This document shows, in pieces, positions 1 through 8,950 of a stretch of DNA of 64,000 nucleotides. Location: contig JBKBRF010000018.1 in NCBI GenBank assembly GCA_046292385.1, positions 55,446 to 119,445 on the forward strand, in the 5' to 3' direction. The position numbers and the translations under genes are program-made. This DNA comes from Armatimonadota bacterium. GTDB taxonomy: Bacteria; Armatimonadota; SYMT01. The notes under the pieces are model-generated. The model did not search any database and had not been told where the DNA came from. It saw only the letters and a list, made by a program, of their open reading frames with translations. Every line of letters begins with the position of its first letter. Position 1 is the stretch's first letter.

Positions 1-682
1 ACCCGATCTCCACGCTCTTGAGCTGCTTCCGCGTCGCCACGTCCCAGAGCTGCAGCTCGCCGAACTTGCAGGAGGTGCCGCCCACCGCGGCGAGGGTTTT
101 GGCGTCCGGTGAGAACGCGAGCGACTCGATCCGCTGGCTGCGCCCCACCAGCCGGCCCAGCAGGCCGCTGCCGTCCGCCTTGTGCAGCAGGATCTCGCGG
201 TAGCCGGCCACCGCCAGCGTCTCGCCGTCCGGGGAGTAGGCGAGAGAGGAGATGACCGGCGGCTGCGTGTAGACCGGCGGGCGGCTCGGCCCGATCGGGT
301 CGTTGGTCACCGGGGTGTCGTCCCGGGCGCCCTGCTCGATCCAGAGGCGGATCGTCTCCACCTCCCTGGCGTTCAGCGGCGGCATGTCTTTCGGCATGCT
401 CGGGTTCTTACCGCTGATCAGCTTGTAGAGCGGGCTGTCCGCCGGCTTGCCGGAGACGAAGCCCGGGCCGAGGGTGCCGCCGGACTTCAGCGCCGCGTAG
501 GTGACGACGCTCAGCTTGCCGCCGCGGATGGACGGCTGGTGGCAGCCGGCACACTGCCGCTTCAGGATCGGCTGGACGTCCTTATGGAAGCTCACCGCCG
601 CGGGCGCGGCGGAGGAAGCTCCGCCGAGGAGCGCGAGGAATCCGGCGGTGACGCCGGTAAGGCTGAGGGTGACGCGAAGCAT
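1..682 (-). CDS. Secreted planctomycete-type cytochrome c domain + WD40-repeat protein (partial, runs off the left edge)
   Basis: Manual translation from ATG at 682: MLRVTLSLTG...VSFHKDVQPILKRQCAGCH...IRLWIEQGA. Shows a signal peptide, a CxxCH heme motif and WD40-like repeats (LAYSPDGETLAV, LAFSPDAKTLAA, QLWDV). Absent from the ORF track because there is no stop in the window. Confidence 0.85.
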   Translation of the reverse strand, partial: MLRVTLSLTGVTAGFLALLGGASSAAPAAVSFHKDVQPILKRQCAGCHQPSIRGGKLSVVTYAALKSGGTLGPGFVSGKPADSPLYKLISGKNPSMPKDMPPLNAREVETIRLWIEQGARDDTPVTNDPIGPSRPPVYTQPPVISSLAYSPDGETLAVAGYREILLHKADGSGLLGRLVGRSQRIESLAFSPDAKTLAAVGGTSCKFGELQLWDVATRKQLKSVEIG

Positions 683-800
683 AGGAGACTGCGTTTCGAA
701 GCCGCGCAGGCAGGACCACAGGACGCCTGTGCCGGCGTACTCTGTGAGAACCCCGCCCGGTGGCAGGGTTTCTCGTTTCTGACACTTATCGCCCGGGCAC

Positions 801-1766
801 TTACCGGCGGCCGCGCGCCGGAGCCTTCGCCGGGCGGACCATCAGCCAGTTCACGACCTTCTTGTCGCTCTCGGCCTCTTTCACCGCCTGCTCCGCGATC
901 TTCTGGGCATGGCTGCGCATGAACTGGCTCACCACGTACCCCTTCAGGTAGAGCGTGTCGCCGTCTTCCACCACGCGGATCTCGTTCCCCGGGCGATCGA
1001 GCGTGTCGTCGAAGGCGAGATCGATCTGCACCGCCCCCGCGACGTCTGCGCCCTCGCCGCCGCCAAAGAGCCCGCCGCCGCCCGCGGCACCTGCCTGCAT
1101 CGCCTGCCCCAGCAGCCCGGCCAGCCCACCGCCCGCCGCCTTGCCGCTCTCCTCGATCTCCTTCTGGAGGTCGAACGGGCGGAGGTCGGTCATCGCGCCG
1201 ATGGTGCGGACGTTCACCAGCGCCAGCTTCAGTTCGGATTCCTCGGTCATCTTGCCGCCGCCGCCGAAGAGGGCGCCGAAGTCCGGCTCCGCGTCTTCAT
1301 CCTCTTCGTCTTCGTCCTCGTCCGCTTCTGCCTGCGCGGCCATCGCGGCGAGGTCGAGAGTGGGCGCCTCGTACCGGTACGTCACCAGGAAGGTCTCCCC
1401 GCCCAGCACCAGCGTCTGGCCGCGCGTGTAGGAAACCGGATCTTCCTTCTCACCGCCGCCGAAGAGCGAGCCCAGGAGCGACATCCCGAGCATCGCCGCC
1501 GCGCCGTCGTCCGCGCCGCCCTCGCCCCCGGCTTTGCCGGCGTTGGCCGCCATGCCGAGCTGCATGAGCTGCTTCATCATGTCCATGCCGTCGCTTTTCG
1601 GCGCGGCATCTTTGATCCGCATCCGGCGCCACTGCGGCCCGAGTTCCTTGAGCTTGAGCGTGTACGGAAGCTCGGCCCCGAAGACCTGCTGGTCCGGCGA
1701 GACCGACTGTGCCGCCGCCGGAGCGGCGAGCGCGAGCGGAAGGAAAAGGAGCAAGGCGCGCTTCAT
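801..1766 (-). CDS. Secreted hypothetical protein with acidic tract and C-terminal BON-like domain
   Basis: Signal peptide MKRALLLFLPLALAAPAAA; C-terminal IRVVEDGDTLYLKGYV...VVNWLMV resembles BON. Confidence 0.7.
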   Translation of the reverse strand: MKRALLLFLPLALAAPAAAQSVSPDQQVFGAELPYTLKLKELGPQWRRMRIKDAAPKSDGMDMMKQLMQLGMAANAGKAGGEGGADDGAAAMLGMSLLGSLFGGGEKEDPVSYTRGQTLVLGGETFLVTYRYEAPTLDLAAMAAQAEADEDEDEEDEDAEPDFGALFGGGGKMTEESELKLALVNVRTIGAMTDLRPFDLQKEIEESGKAAGGGLAGLLGQAMQAGAAGGGGLFGGGEGADVAGAVQIDLAFDDTLDRPGNEIRVVEDGDTLYLKGYVVSQFMRSHAQKIAEQAVKEAESDKKVVNWLMVRPAKAPARGRR

Positions 1767-1939
1767 CGGGAGGTCTCCAAAAGGGTCACACCACTAACGA
1801 AGCAGTTCGCAGCGCCGCGAGGGAGTTCCTACCGTGAGCAAGATGGAAGAGGGGAGATGGGAGAGGAAAGAGCGCTCGTCGGAGGTGTGTGCGGCCGGGC
1901 GCGATTTCGGTGGTCGTGAATGGGGTGCAATAATGGGGT

Positions 1940-1985
1940 GCAATAAGGAAGGGCAGGCGAGTCTTCGCCTGCCCTTCCTTATTGC
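1940..1985. terminator. Perfect 21-bp inverted repeat downstream of the sulfatase (probable terminator)
   Basis: GCAATAAGGAAGGGCAGGCGA-GTCT-TCGCCTGCCCTTCCTTATTGC. Confidence 0.6.
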
Positions 1986-2020
1986 GTTCTGGTCTCCGGA
2001 ATGGAATGGCGGGGTGGGCG

Positions 2021-3583
2021 TCAGTCGTCCCCCTCCGCATCCTTCTCGAGCGGCGCATTCGGCGCGTTCCGCTTCGGCAGCCACGCGGCGAGCTGCGCTT
2101 TCACCTCCGCCAGCTCCTTCCGGTCCGCCAGGTTGGTCCATTCCTTGGGGTCGTCCTGGTGGTCGTACAGCTCTTCGGCACCGTTGGCGTACCGGATGTA
2201 GCGCCAGCGCTCGGAGCGGACGGCGTGGTTATTGCGCCCGTAGGTGGTGACCACCGGCCGGTCCCATTCGGCATACGGGCGGCGAAGCAGCGGCACCAGG
2301 CTTTGCCCCTCTACCCCCTCGCCCGGCGGCAGCCCGCACAACTCGGTCAGGGTGGGATACACGTCGAGCAGGCTCACGGTGCGCGGGCTCGTCTGCCCCG
2401 GGCGCGTCACTCCCGGCGCCACCACCATCAGCGGCACTCGGGTCGCTTCCTCCCACAGGGTGAACTTGCGCCAGTGCTGCTTCTCTCCCAGGTGCCAGCC
2501 GTGGTCGCTCCACAGGACGATGATGGTGTTCTCCGCGTGCGGGCTGCGGTCGAGCGCGTCGAGCACGCGGCCGACACAGGCGTCCGCGAAGGTGATGCTG
2601 GCCAGGTAGCCCTGCACCGCCTTCTCCCAGTTGCCGGACTCGACGACCTTCCTGTGGTCCCCCTCCGGCCGCGCCAGCCGCCGGCCGGGGGCGGGCACGT
2701 CGTCCAGGTCCTGCGGGTTCACCACCGGCAGTCGGATCGACGCCTCCGGGTACCGCTCGAAGTAGGGGCGCGGAACGAACCAGGGGAGGTGCGGCCGGTA
2801 GATGCCGACCGCCAGGAAGAACGGGTCTTCGTGCTCTCGCTGCAGATACTCGGAGGCCCAGTCGGCCACCTTCCAGTCGGCCATCGCCTCATCCGGCGCG
2901 TCGATGGGACCCCAATCGAAGTGCGCGGTCTTCGGAATGCCGTTGAGCGGGCGCTGCTTCGGAACGGGATCGCCGGCCGGCCTGGTGTAGTAGTCCCACG
3001 AGCGCTCGTCGTTCTGGCCGCCGTGGAAGATCTTCCCCACGCCGGCCACGGTGTAGCCGTTCCGCCGGAAGTGCTCCGGCAGCATCACCGCCTGCGGCAT
3101 CGCCGGCCGCCACGCGTGGTCGTTCTCGTAGACGCCCGTGGTCGACGGCCGCAGGCCGCTCAGCAGCGCCACGCGTGAGGGATTGCACGCGGGAGCCGCC
3201 GTGTGTGCGCGCGTGAAGAGCACCCCCCGCCGGGAGAGCCGGTCCAGGTTGGGCGTGCGTACGCCCGGATAGCCGCCCATGACTCCGACCCAGTCGTTCA
3301 GGTCATCGACCGCGATGAAGAGGACGTTCGGACGCGGCGCCGGCGCGGAGGCTTCGGCGGTTCCGGTGGCTGCCGCCGCCTCCGCGGCGACGTTCGCGCC
3401 GGCGCGCGCCCCGGCGCTTAGGGCCAGGAAGACGGCCAGCAGTACCCCCGCCCCGAGCCGCCGCCCGGGTGCCGGGCTCTCGGCGTCGTGAGCTCGCAGA
3501 GGAGCCCCTCGCCCGCTCCGTTTCAGGCGCGAAACGGCCCGGGTAAGGGCCAGACGAAGGGGAGGAGGAAGTTGGATGCCCAT
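2021..3583 (-). CDS. Sulfatase (FGly-dependent, choline/iduronate-sulfatase-like); start uncertain
   Basis: PNVLFIAVDDL, CNPSR formylglycine motif, GKIFH, RPHLP, SDHG, EELYD. Confidence 0.9.
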   Translation of the reverse strand: MGIQLPPPLRLALTRAVSRLKRSGRGAPLRAHDAESPAPGRRLGAGVLLAVFLALSAGARAGANVAAEAAAATGTAEASAPAPRPNVLFIAVDDLNDWVGVMGGYPGVRTPNLDRLSRRGVLFTRAHTAAPACNPSRVALLSGLRPSTTGVYENDHAWRPAMPQAVMLPEHFRRNGYTVAGVGKIFHGGQNDERSWDYYTRPAGDPVPKQRPLNGIPKTAHFDWGPIDAPDEAMADWKVADWASEYLQREHEDPFFLAVGIYRPHLPWFVPRPYFERYPEASIRLPVVNPQDLDDVPAPGRRLARPEGDHRKVVESGNWEKAVQGYLASITFADACVGRVLDALDRSPHAENTIIVLWSDHGWHLGEKQHWRKFTLWEEATRVPLMVVAPGVTRPGQTSPRTVSLLDVYPTLTELCGLPPGEGVEGQSLVPLLRRPYAEWDRPVVTTYGRNNHAVRSERWRYIRYANGAEELYDHQDDPKEWTNLADRKELAEVKAQLAAWLPKRNAPNAPLEKDAEGDD

Positions 3584-3848
3584 AATTAAGAGACGCCTCG
3601 ATATCTGTGGCCGAGAAAAGTCCTGGGAGTATGTTGTCGAGTCTGCCGGAGAGCGCTTCGAAGTGACCGCCCGCCAGATCGGCCGGGACGATCCGACCTA
3701 TCTCTGCTCCTGCGGGGTCTGCGTGGAAGGCGAGAACCCGCCCGAGCTCTTCTTTTTGCCCGACTTCAATTCTCCGTGCGTGCACATCGCGGAAGCGCAG
3801 CGGGACCTCAGCATCGCTCGCCAGGCTGCCGCCCAGATGGTCAACTGA
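3576..3848 (+). CDS. Small SWIM-like zinc-finger protein
   Basis: Strong RBS GGAGGAGG; YLCSC...PCVHI (CxC-Xn-CxH). Confidence 0.65.
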   Translation: MPIIKRRLDICGREKSWEYVVESAGERFEVTARQIGRDDPTYLCSCGVCVEGENPPELFFLPDFNSPCVHIAEAQRDLSIARQAAAQMVN

Positions 3849-4101
3849 ACGCTCGAGGGACAGGCCGTTAGCAGGTGGACAGGTTGCAGGTTCGGACCCC
3901 GCTTAGCGGCGGCAAACCTGCAGCCTGGTTACCGGCAAACCTGAAGCCAGTCCCAGGCTCGCTCCCCTGCTTCTGCTCCCTCGATTCCGCCTTGCGGGCC
4001 TCTCCCGCCCTCATCGGATCAGACCCGCGCCTAGCCTGGCGCGTTCCCGGGTTGCCGGGGCGCGCCACTGTTTGCGAAGATTCTACTCACCCGCGGTTCG
4101 G

Positions 4102-4130
4102 TTGACGCTCCCGCGGGGCTTGCCTATACT
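4102..4130 (+). promoter_or_regulatory. Sigma70-type promoter of guaB
   Basis: TTGACG-17 bp-TATACT. Confidence 0.75.
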
Positions 4131-4178
4131 TCCCCAAATACCAGGAATGACACGGCGAGCGAGATGGCAGGAGGTCGC

Positions 4179-5699
4179 ATGAGCACGCTGGTCGAAGCCC
4201 AGCTCGACGGGGTCGACGCGGAAACCTTATTTAGTTCCGGGATCGGCCTGACGTACGATGACATCATCATCCTCCCCGGTTACATAGATTTCCCCTACAC
4301 TGACGTCCGCCTCGAGACGCACCTCACCCGCAATATCCGCATCAAGCGTCCCCTCGTCAGCTCCCCGATGGACACGGTGACCGAGTCACAGATGGCCATC
4401 ACGCTGGCACTCCTCGGCGGGATCGGCATCCTCCACTACAACAACTCCGTCGAGGAGCACGTGGAGATGGTCCGCAAGGTGAAGCGCTACGAGAACGGCT
4501 TCATCACCGACCCGGTGGCGCTCTCCCCCAACCACCAGATCCACCACGTCGACGAGATCAAGGCGCGCCACGGCTTCTCCGGGATCCCGATCACCGAGGA
4601 TGGGACGCTCTCCACGCGGCTGGTTGGGATCGTCACTAACCGGGATACCGACTTCATCAAGGACCGGAGCTGCCCCCTGCGCGAGGTGATGTCGACCGAC
4701 CTCATCACCGCGCCCAAGGGGATCACCCTGAGCGAGGCGAACCGGATCCTCCGCTCCACCAAGGTCGGCAAGCTGCCGGTGGTCGATGAAAACGGCCGGC
4801 TGGTGGCGCTGGTGGCCCGGCGCGACCTGCTGAAGAACCAGAACTTCCCGGACTCCTCCAAGGACGCGGGCAAGCAGCTCCTCTGCGGCGCGGCGGTCTC
4901 TACCCGGGACGAGGACCGGGAGCGGGTCGACGCCCTGGTGGAGGCGGGCGTGAACGTGCTGGTGGTCGACGCCGCCCAGGGGCACTCGATCTACCAGCAG
5001 CGGATGCTCGCCTACATCAAGAGCCGCCACTCGCACGTCGACGTGATCGCCGGCAACGTGGTGACCACGCAGCAGGCGGAGACGCTGATCCACAGCGGAG
5101 CGGACGCCCTCCGCATCGGCATGGGTCCCGGCTCCATCTGCATCACGCAGAACATGATGGCGGTCGGCCGGCCCCAGGCGACCGCGGTCTACAAGACCGC
5201 CGCCTTCGCCCGCCGCTACGGCGTGCCGGTGATCGCGGACGGCGGCGTGAACGGCATCGGCCCGATGTCGAAGGCGATCGCCCTCGGCGCCAGCTCCGTG
5301 ATGGTCGGCAACCTGCTCGCCGGCACCGCGGAAGCCCCCGGCGAGTACTTCTACGAGAACGGCGTCCGCGTGAAGCGCTACCGCGGCATGGCGAGCCTCG
5401 AAGCGATGGAAGTGGGCGGCGCCAAGCGCTACCTCTCCGGCGAGCGGGACGTGGTGAAGGTGCCCCAGGGCGTCACCGGCACGGTGGTCGACAAGGGCTC
5501 CCTGGTCGACTACCTCCCCTACCTGATGAAGGGCCTGCAGCAGTCGCTCCAGGACATGGGCTTCCGGGACATCCCCTCGCTCCATACCGCCCTCTGGGAC
5601 GGCCGCCTCCGCATGGAGCGCCGCACCCCGAACGCGGCGGCGGAGGGCAGCGTCCACAGCCTGGTCAGCTACCAGCAGCCCCGCTTCGGCATCCGCTAG
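4179..5699 (+). CDS. guaB: Inosine-5'-monophosphate dehydrogenase with CBS pair (eukaryote-like type)
   Basis: [19 protein letters not shown] catalytic Cys loop, ADGG, YRGM. RBS AGGAGG before ATG 4179 (ORF also open from 4164). Confidence 0.97.
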   Translation: MSTLVEAQLDGVDAETLFSSGIGLTYDDIIILPGYIDFPYTDVRLETHLTRNIRIKRPLVSSPMDTVTESQMAITLALLGGIGILHYNNSVEEHVEMVRKVKRYENGFITDPVALSPNHQIHHVDEIKARHGFSGIPITEDGTLSTRLVGIVTNRDTDFIKDRSCPLREVMSTDLITAPKGITLSEANRILRSTKVGKLPVVDENGRLVALVARRDLLKNQNFPDSSKDAGKQLLCGAAVSTRDEDRERVDALVEAGVNVLVVDAAQGHSIYQQRMLAYIKSRHSHVDVIAGNVVTTQQAETLIHSGADALRIGMGPGSICITQNMMAVGRPQATAVYKTAAFARRYGVPVIADGGVNGIGPMSKAIALGASSVMVGNLLAGTAEAPGEYFYENGVRVKRYRGMASLEAMEVGGAKRYLSGERDVVKVPQGVTGTVVDKGSLVDYLPYLMKGLQQSLQDMGFRDIPSLHTALWDGRLRMERRTPNAAAEGSVHSLVSYQQPRFGIR

Positions 5700-5721
5700 A
5701 GTCCGGGGTTTCTTGGGAGTT

Positions 5722-5756
5722 GCAGGGCCGTCCGGTGGGACGGCCCTGTGCTTTTT
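5722..5756 (+). terminator. Intrinsic terminator of guaB
   Basis: GCAGGGCCGTCC-GGTG-GGACGGCCCTGT followed by GCTTTTT. Confidence 0.8.
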
Positions 5757-6011
5757 CTGGGTCGAATCGCGGGTTTGTCGGCGGGGCGGAAGGCAGCGAT
5801 GTCACCGCCGGTTCGCCCCCGCGCCCCCTCACTTGCTCGTCGCACAGCAGCGACCATCCCGAGCGTCCGACCCCGCGCCCTTGTGCCGGGAGACAGCCCT
5901 CACGCGACGAAGGCCCTCCGCCGGCCCTCCCACGCCCTTCGGGCTAACGGGCCGCTCCGGAAGTGCGCTCCGTTGAGCTCATCCCGCGCCACCCCGCCCT
6001 ACCACGACAGA

Positions 6012-6519
6012 GGCTGAGTTCACGGGCCGCCTCCCGGCCCACCCGTACGGGTGGTAAACCTTCGAGCGTCCCGAAAGCGTTCGGGACACATGTGGCGCCC
6101 TGCGGGCGCCTCGGTTTCTGGCTTCTACCCAGGCGGCGCGTCATCTCACTTGACGCTGGCACTATCGGCGGGCGGCCTGCCTATGGAGTCCGGAGGCGGT
6201 GCCGGAGGCAGCGACGGAGGGCTCCACTTGTGGCCACCCCTGGCGAGGGGTGGCTGCTTGAGCCGAGGGGAGCGGCCCGTGAACCTCGGCATGGTGGAAA
6301 ACGTGGTTGTCGATCGCGGAACGCAGCATGGCGGGGATCACGCCCGGAGCAGCCCGCTAGCGGAGCCGAAGGCGGAGCGTGAATGGGCAGCGGAGGGCCA
6401 GCCACGCGGGAGGGCCGCTCCCCTCGGTGAGGGCACGGGGAGTACCTTCGGAGAGATGCCGCAGCCGTAGGCGAATCCATGTCACTCCACGGACACAGGA
6501 CTCGCTCACAACCTCAGCC
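6012..6519. other. Hairpin-rich intergenic element bounded by inverted repeats (structured RNA or MITE-like)
   Basis: TTCACGGGCCGC (6019-6030) is the exact reverse complement of 6272-6283; 6263-6278 pairs with 6412-6427; at least five local hairpins. Confidence 0.45.
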
Positions 6520-6570
6520 AACGAAAGAGCACACCCTTTCCACGCCCTGCCGCGCCAGAGGTAACCCGAG

Positions 6571-7680
6571 ATGAAGACCCCCGCAGCCGTTCTGTATGGT
6601 CTGAACCAGCCGTTCGTGGTGGAAGAAGTGGAGCTGGACCCGCCCGGCTCCGGCGAGGTGCTGGTGGAGATGGCCGGCGGCGGGATCTGCCACAGCGACT
6701 GGCACGTGGTCGACGGCGTGATCCCGAAGCCGCAGCCGATCATCCTGGGCCACGAAGGCTCGGCGCGGGTGCTGGAGTGCGGGCCGAACGTCTCGCTGGT
6801 GAAGGCGGGCGATCCGGTGGTGCTCTCGTTTCTGCCGGAGTGCGGCGCCTGCTACCAGTGCATGCGGGGCAAGGCGAACCTGTGCGATGGCTCCATGCAG
6901 TTCCGCAGCGGCGTGCTGGCGGACGGCACCACCCGCTTCCACCGCAACGGGACCCGCATCCACCACTACAACGGCGTCTCGTCGTTTGCCCAGTATGCGG
7001 TCGTGCCGGAGCGCGCGTGTGTGCCGATCGATCCGCGGGTGCCGCTCGACAAGGCGGCGCTGATCGGCTGCGCGGTGAGCACCGGGGTCGGTGCGGTCAT
7101 CTTCAGCGCCAACGTGCTCCCGGGCTCCACCATGGCAGTCTTCGGGGCCGGCGGCGTGGGGCTGAACACGGTCCAGGGCGGCGCGCTGGTGAACGCCACG
7201 CGGGTGATCGCGGTCGACGTGAACCCGAACAAGCTGGCGATGGCGCGCCAGTTCGGCGCCACCGACACGGTCGACGCCCGGGAGCAGGACCCGGTGCAGG
7301 CGATCCTGGAGCTGACCGGCGGCCGGGGTGTCGACTACGCCTTCGAGGCGATCGGCCGGCCGGAGACGGTCCGGCAGGCGTTCGAGTCGCTCGGCAAGGG
7401 CGGCACGGCGGTCGCCATCGGCATCGGCTCGAAAGACGCCTGCATCGAGATCCCGCCGCAGCACCTGGTCTACGGCGAGCGGCGCCTCGTCGGCTGCTTC
7501 TACGGCTCCGCCCGACCCCGCGCCGACTTCGCCCGCTTTGCCGACCTCTACCTCGCCGGCCGGCTGAAGCTGGACCAGCTCGTGACCCGGGAGTGGGGTC
7601 TCTCCGAGATCAACGAGGCGTTCCGCGCGATGAACGCCGGCGAGGTCGCGCGGGGGATCATCAACCGGTATACCGCGTAG
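6571..7680 (+). CDS. Zn-dependent alcohol dehydrogenase (class III-like MDR)
   Basis: GICHSD, GHEG, CGACYQC...C structural zinc, GAGGVG. Confidence 0.95.
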   Translation: MKTPAAVLYGLNQPFVVEEVELDPPGSGEVLVEMAGGGICHSDWHVVDGVIPKPQPIILGHEGSARVLECGPNVSLVKAGDPVVLSFLPECGACYQCMRGKANLCDGSMQFRSGVLADGTTRFHRNGTRIHHYNGVSSFAQYAVVPERACVPIDPRVPLDKAALIGCAVSTGVGAVIFSANVLPGSTMAVFGAGGVGLNTVQGGALVNATRVIAVDVNPNKLAMARQFGATDTVDAREQDPVQAILELTGGRGVDYAFEAIGRPETVRQAFESLGKGGTAVAIGIGSKDACIEIPPQHLVYGERRLVGCFYGSARPRADFARFADLYLAGRLKLDQLVTREWGLSEINEAFRAMNAGEVARGIINRYTA

Positions 7681-7717
7681 GGTCGGGGGTCGGGGAGAGC
7701 TTGCTTCGTCGCTCGGC

Positions 7718-7862
7718 CGCGAGGCATTGAAATACCTCGCTGGAAGGCCTGCGGCCAAGCGTCCTCCGGACGCCCAAACCAGGCCTTCTCAGTCCGCGAA
7801 GGCGGTCCCCCGTCCGGGGGATAAAACTTCGTGCCGTGGTTGCCGCGGTTTCAACCGCCCGC
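7718..7862. repeat. REP-like family A element (inverted TTTCAA-core palindrome pair)
   Basis: Shares CCTGYGGCCAAGCGTCCTCSGGACGCC and ACTTCGTGCCGTGGTTGCCGCGGTTTCAACCGCCC with the copy at about 39809-39902. Confidence 0.75.
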
Positions 7863-8819
7863 CGGAACCCCCTTCCACGGGTCGATCCCCTGCTCCAGGC
7901 GCCCCGGCACCGTCTCGATCGTAAAGTCGCCCAGCTCGGCACCGGCCTCCAGCTCCTCCCACGACAGCGGACAGGAGACGGTGGCGCCGGGCTTAGCGCG
8001 GACGCTGTACGGGCTGGCGGCGCTCTTGCCGAGGGCGTTCTGCTCCGCGTCGACGTAGACCTGACCTTTCTCCCGCTGGGCGAGGGAGCGCTCCACCGTC
8101 GCCAGCTTCGGGTTCGCCGCGGCGACGGCGCCCGCGACCTCGACCGCGAGCGCGTGGGAGGCCCCGTAGGTGGCGCCGGGCTCCAGCCGGACGTAGACGT
8201 GCAGCCCGCGGGAGCCGGAGGTCTTGAGATACGGCCGCAGCCCGCGCCGGTACAGCTCCTCCCGGACGAGCTGGGCCACGCGGACGATCGTCTTCCAGGT
8301 CGCGTCGTGCGGGTCGAGGTCGAGCACGAGCCAGTCGGGCTGCTCCAGGCGCTCCACCCGGCTGTGCCACGGGTGCTGCTCCACCGTCCCCAGGTTGACC
8401 AGGTAGAGGAGCGAGGCCGCGGAGCCGTAGACGGCGTAATCGATCTCCCGCCCCTGCTCGCTCGTGAGCCGCGCCACCGGCAGGAACTCGGGGCCGGACT
8501 CGAGGTCGTGCTGGAAGAACGGCGGGAAGCCGACCCCGCGCGGGTACCGCTTCAGGATCGCGGGCCGCCCCTCCAGGTACGGCAGGATCGCCCCGGCGAT
8601 CCGCAGGTAGTACTGGAGCAGGTGCCCCTTGGTGATCCCCTCCTTCTTCCAGTAGACGCGGCCGAGGCTGGTGAGCGCGACCCGCTCCTCCCCCAGCGCC
8701 AGCACCAGGTCGCCCCGCGGGCACTCCTGCGCCAGGAACTCCTCCGGGGAGATCGCCCCTTCCGCCGGCGGCATCGGCGTCCGCTCGATCTTCCCCGGCT
8801 GAACCTTGTTTCCCGCCAT
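7851..8819 (-). CDS. Stand-alone LigD polymerase (primase-polymerase) domain protein
   Basis: [53 protein letters not shown]. Confidence 0.93.
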   Translation of the reverse strand: MAGNKVQPGKIERTPMPPAEGAISPEEFLAQECPRGDLVLALGEERVALTSLGRVYWKKEGITKGHLLQYYLRIAGAILPYLEGRPAILKRYPRGVGFPPFFQHDLESGPEFLPVARLTSEQGREIDYAVYGSAASLLYLVNLGTVEQHPWHSRVERLEQPDWLVLDLDPHDATWKTIVRVAQLVREELYRRGLRPYLKTSGSRGLHVYVRLEPGATYGASHALAVEVAGAVAAANPKLATVERSLAQREKGQVYVDAEQNALGKSAASPYSVRAKPGATVSCPLSWEELEAGAELGDFTIETVPGRLEQGIDPWKGVPAGG

Positions 8820-8873
8820 CGCTGCGCCTCCCGCTTCGGGCTACCCCCGGTCGAACGGCGGGAAACCGGGCGC

Positions 8874-8918
8874 AAAAAGGAGAGGGGGCCGGAAGGATAC
8901 CTCCTCCCGACCCCCTCT
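8874..8918 (-). terminator. Intrinsic terminator of nrdJ
   Basis: Minus strand AGAGGGGGTCGGGAGG-AGGTAT-CCTTCCGGCCCCCTCT followed by CCTTTTT. Confidence 0.7.
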
Positions 8919-8950
8919 GCGTCCTCAGCGCTCTCTGCGGTGAACGGACT

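Noticed and set aside
5942..5980. Integron attC (GCTAAC...GTT) or group II intron 5' end (GTGCG)
   Set aside because: Too short for attC with no integrase; no domain V or reverse transcriptase for an intron.
7830..7862. GTTTCAA-containing palindrome as a CRISPR repeat
   Set aside because: Only two dispersed copies 32 kb apart, no spacer array and no cas genes.
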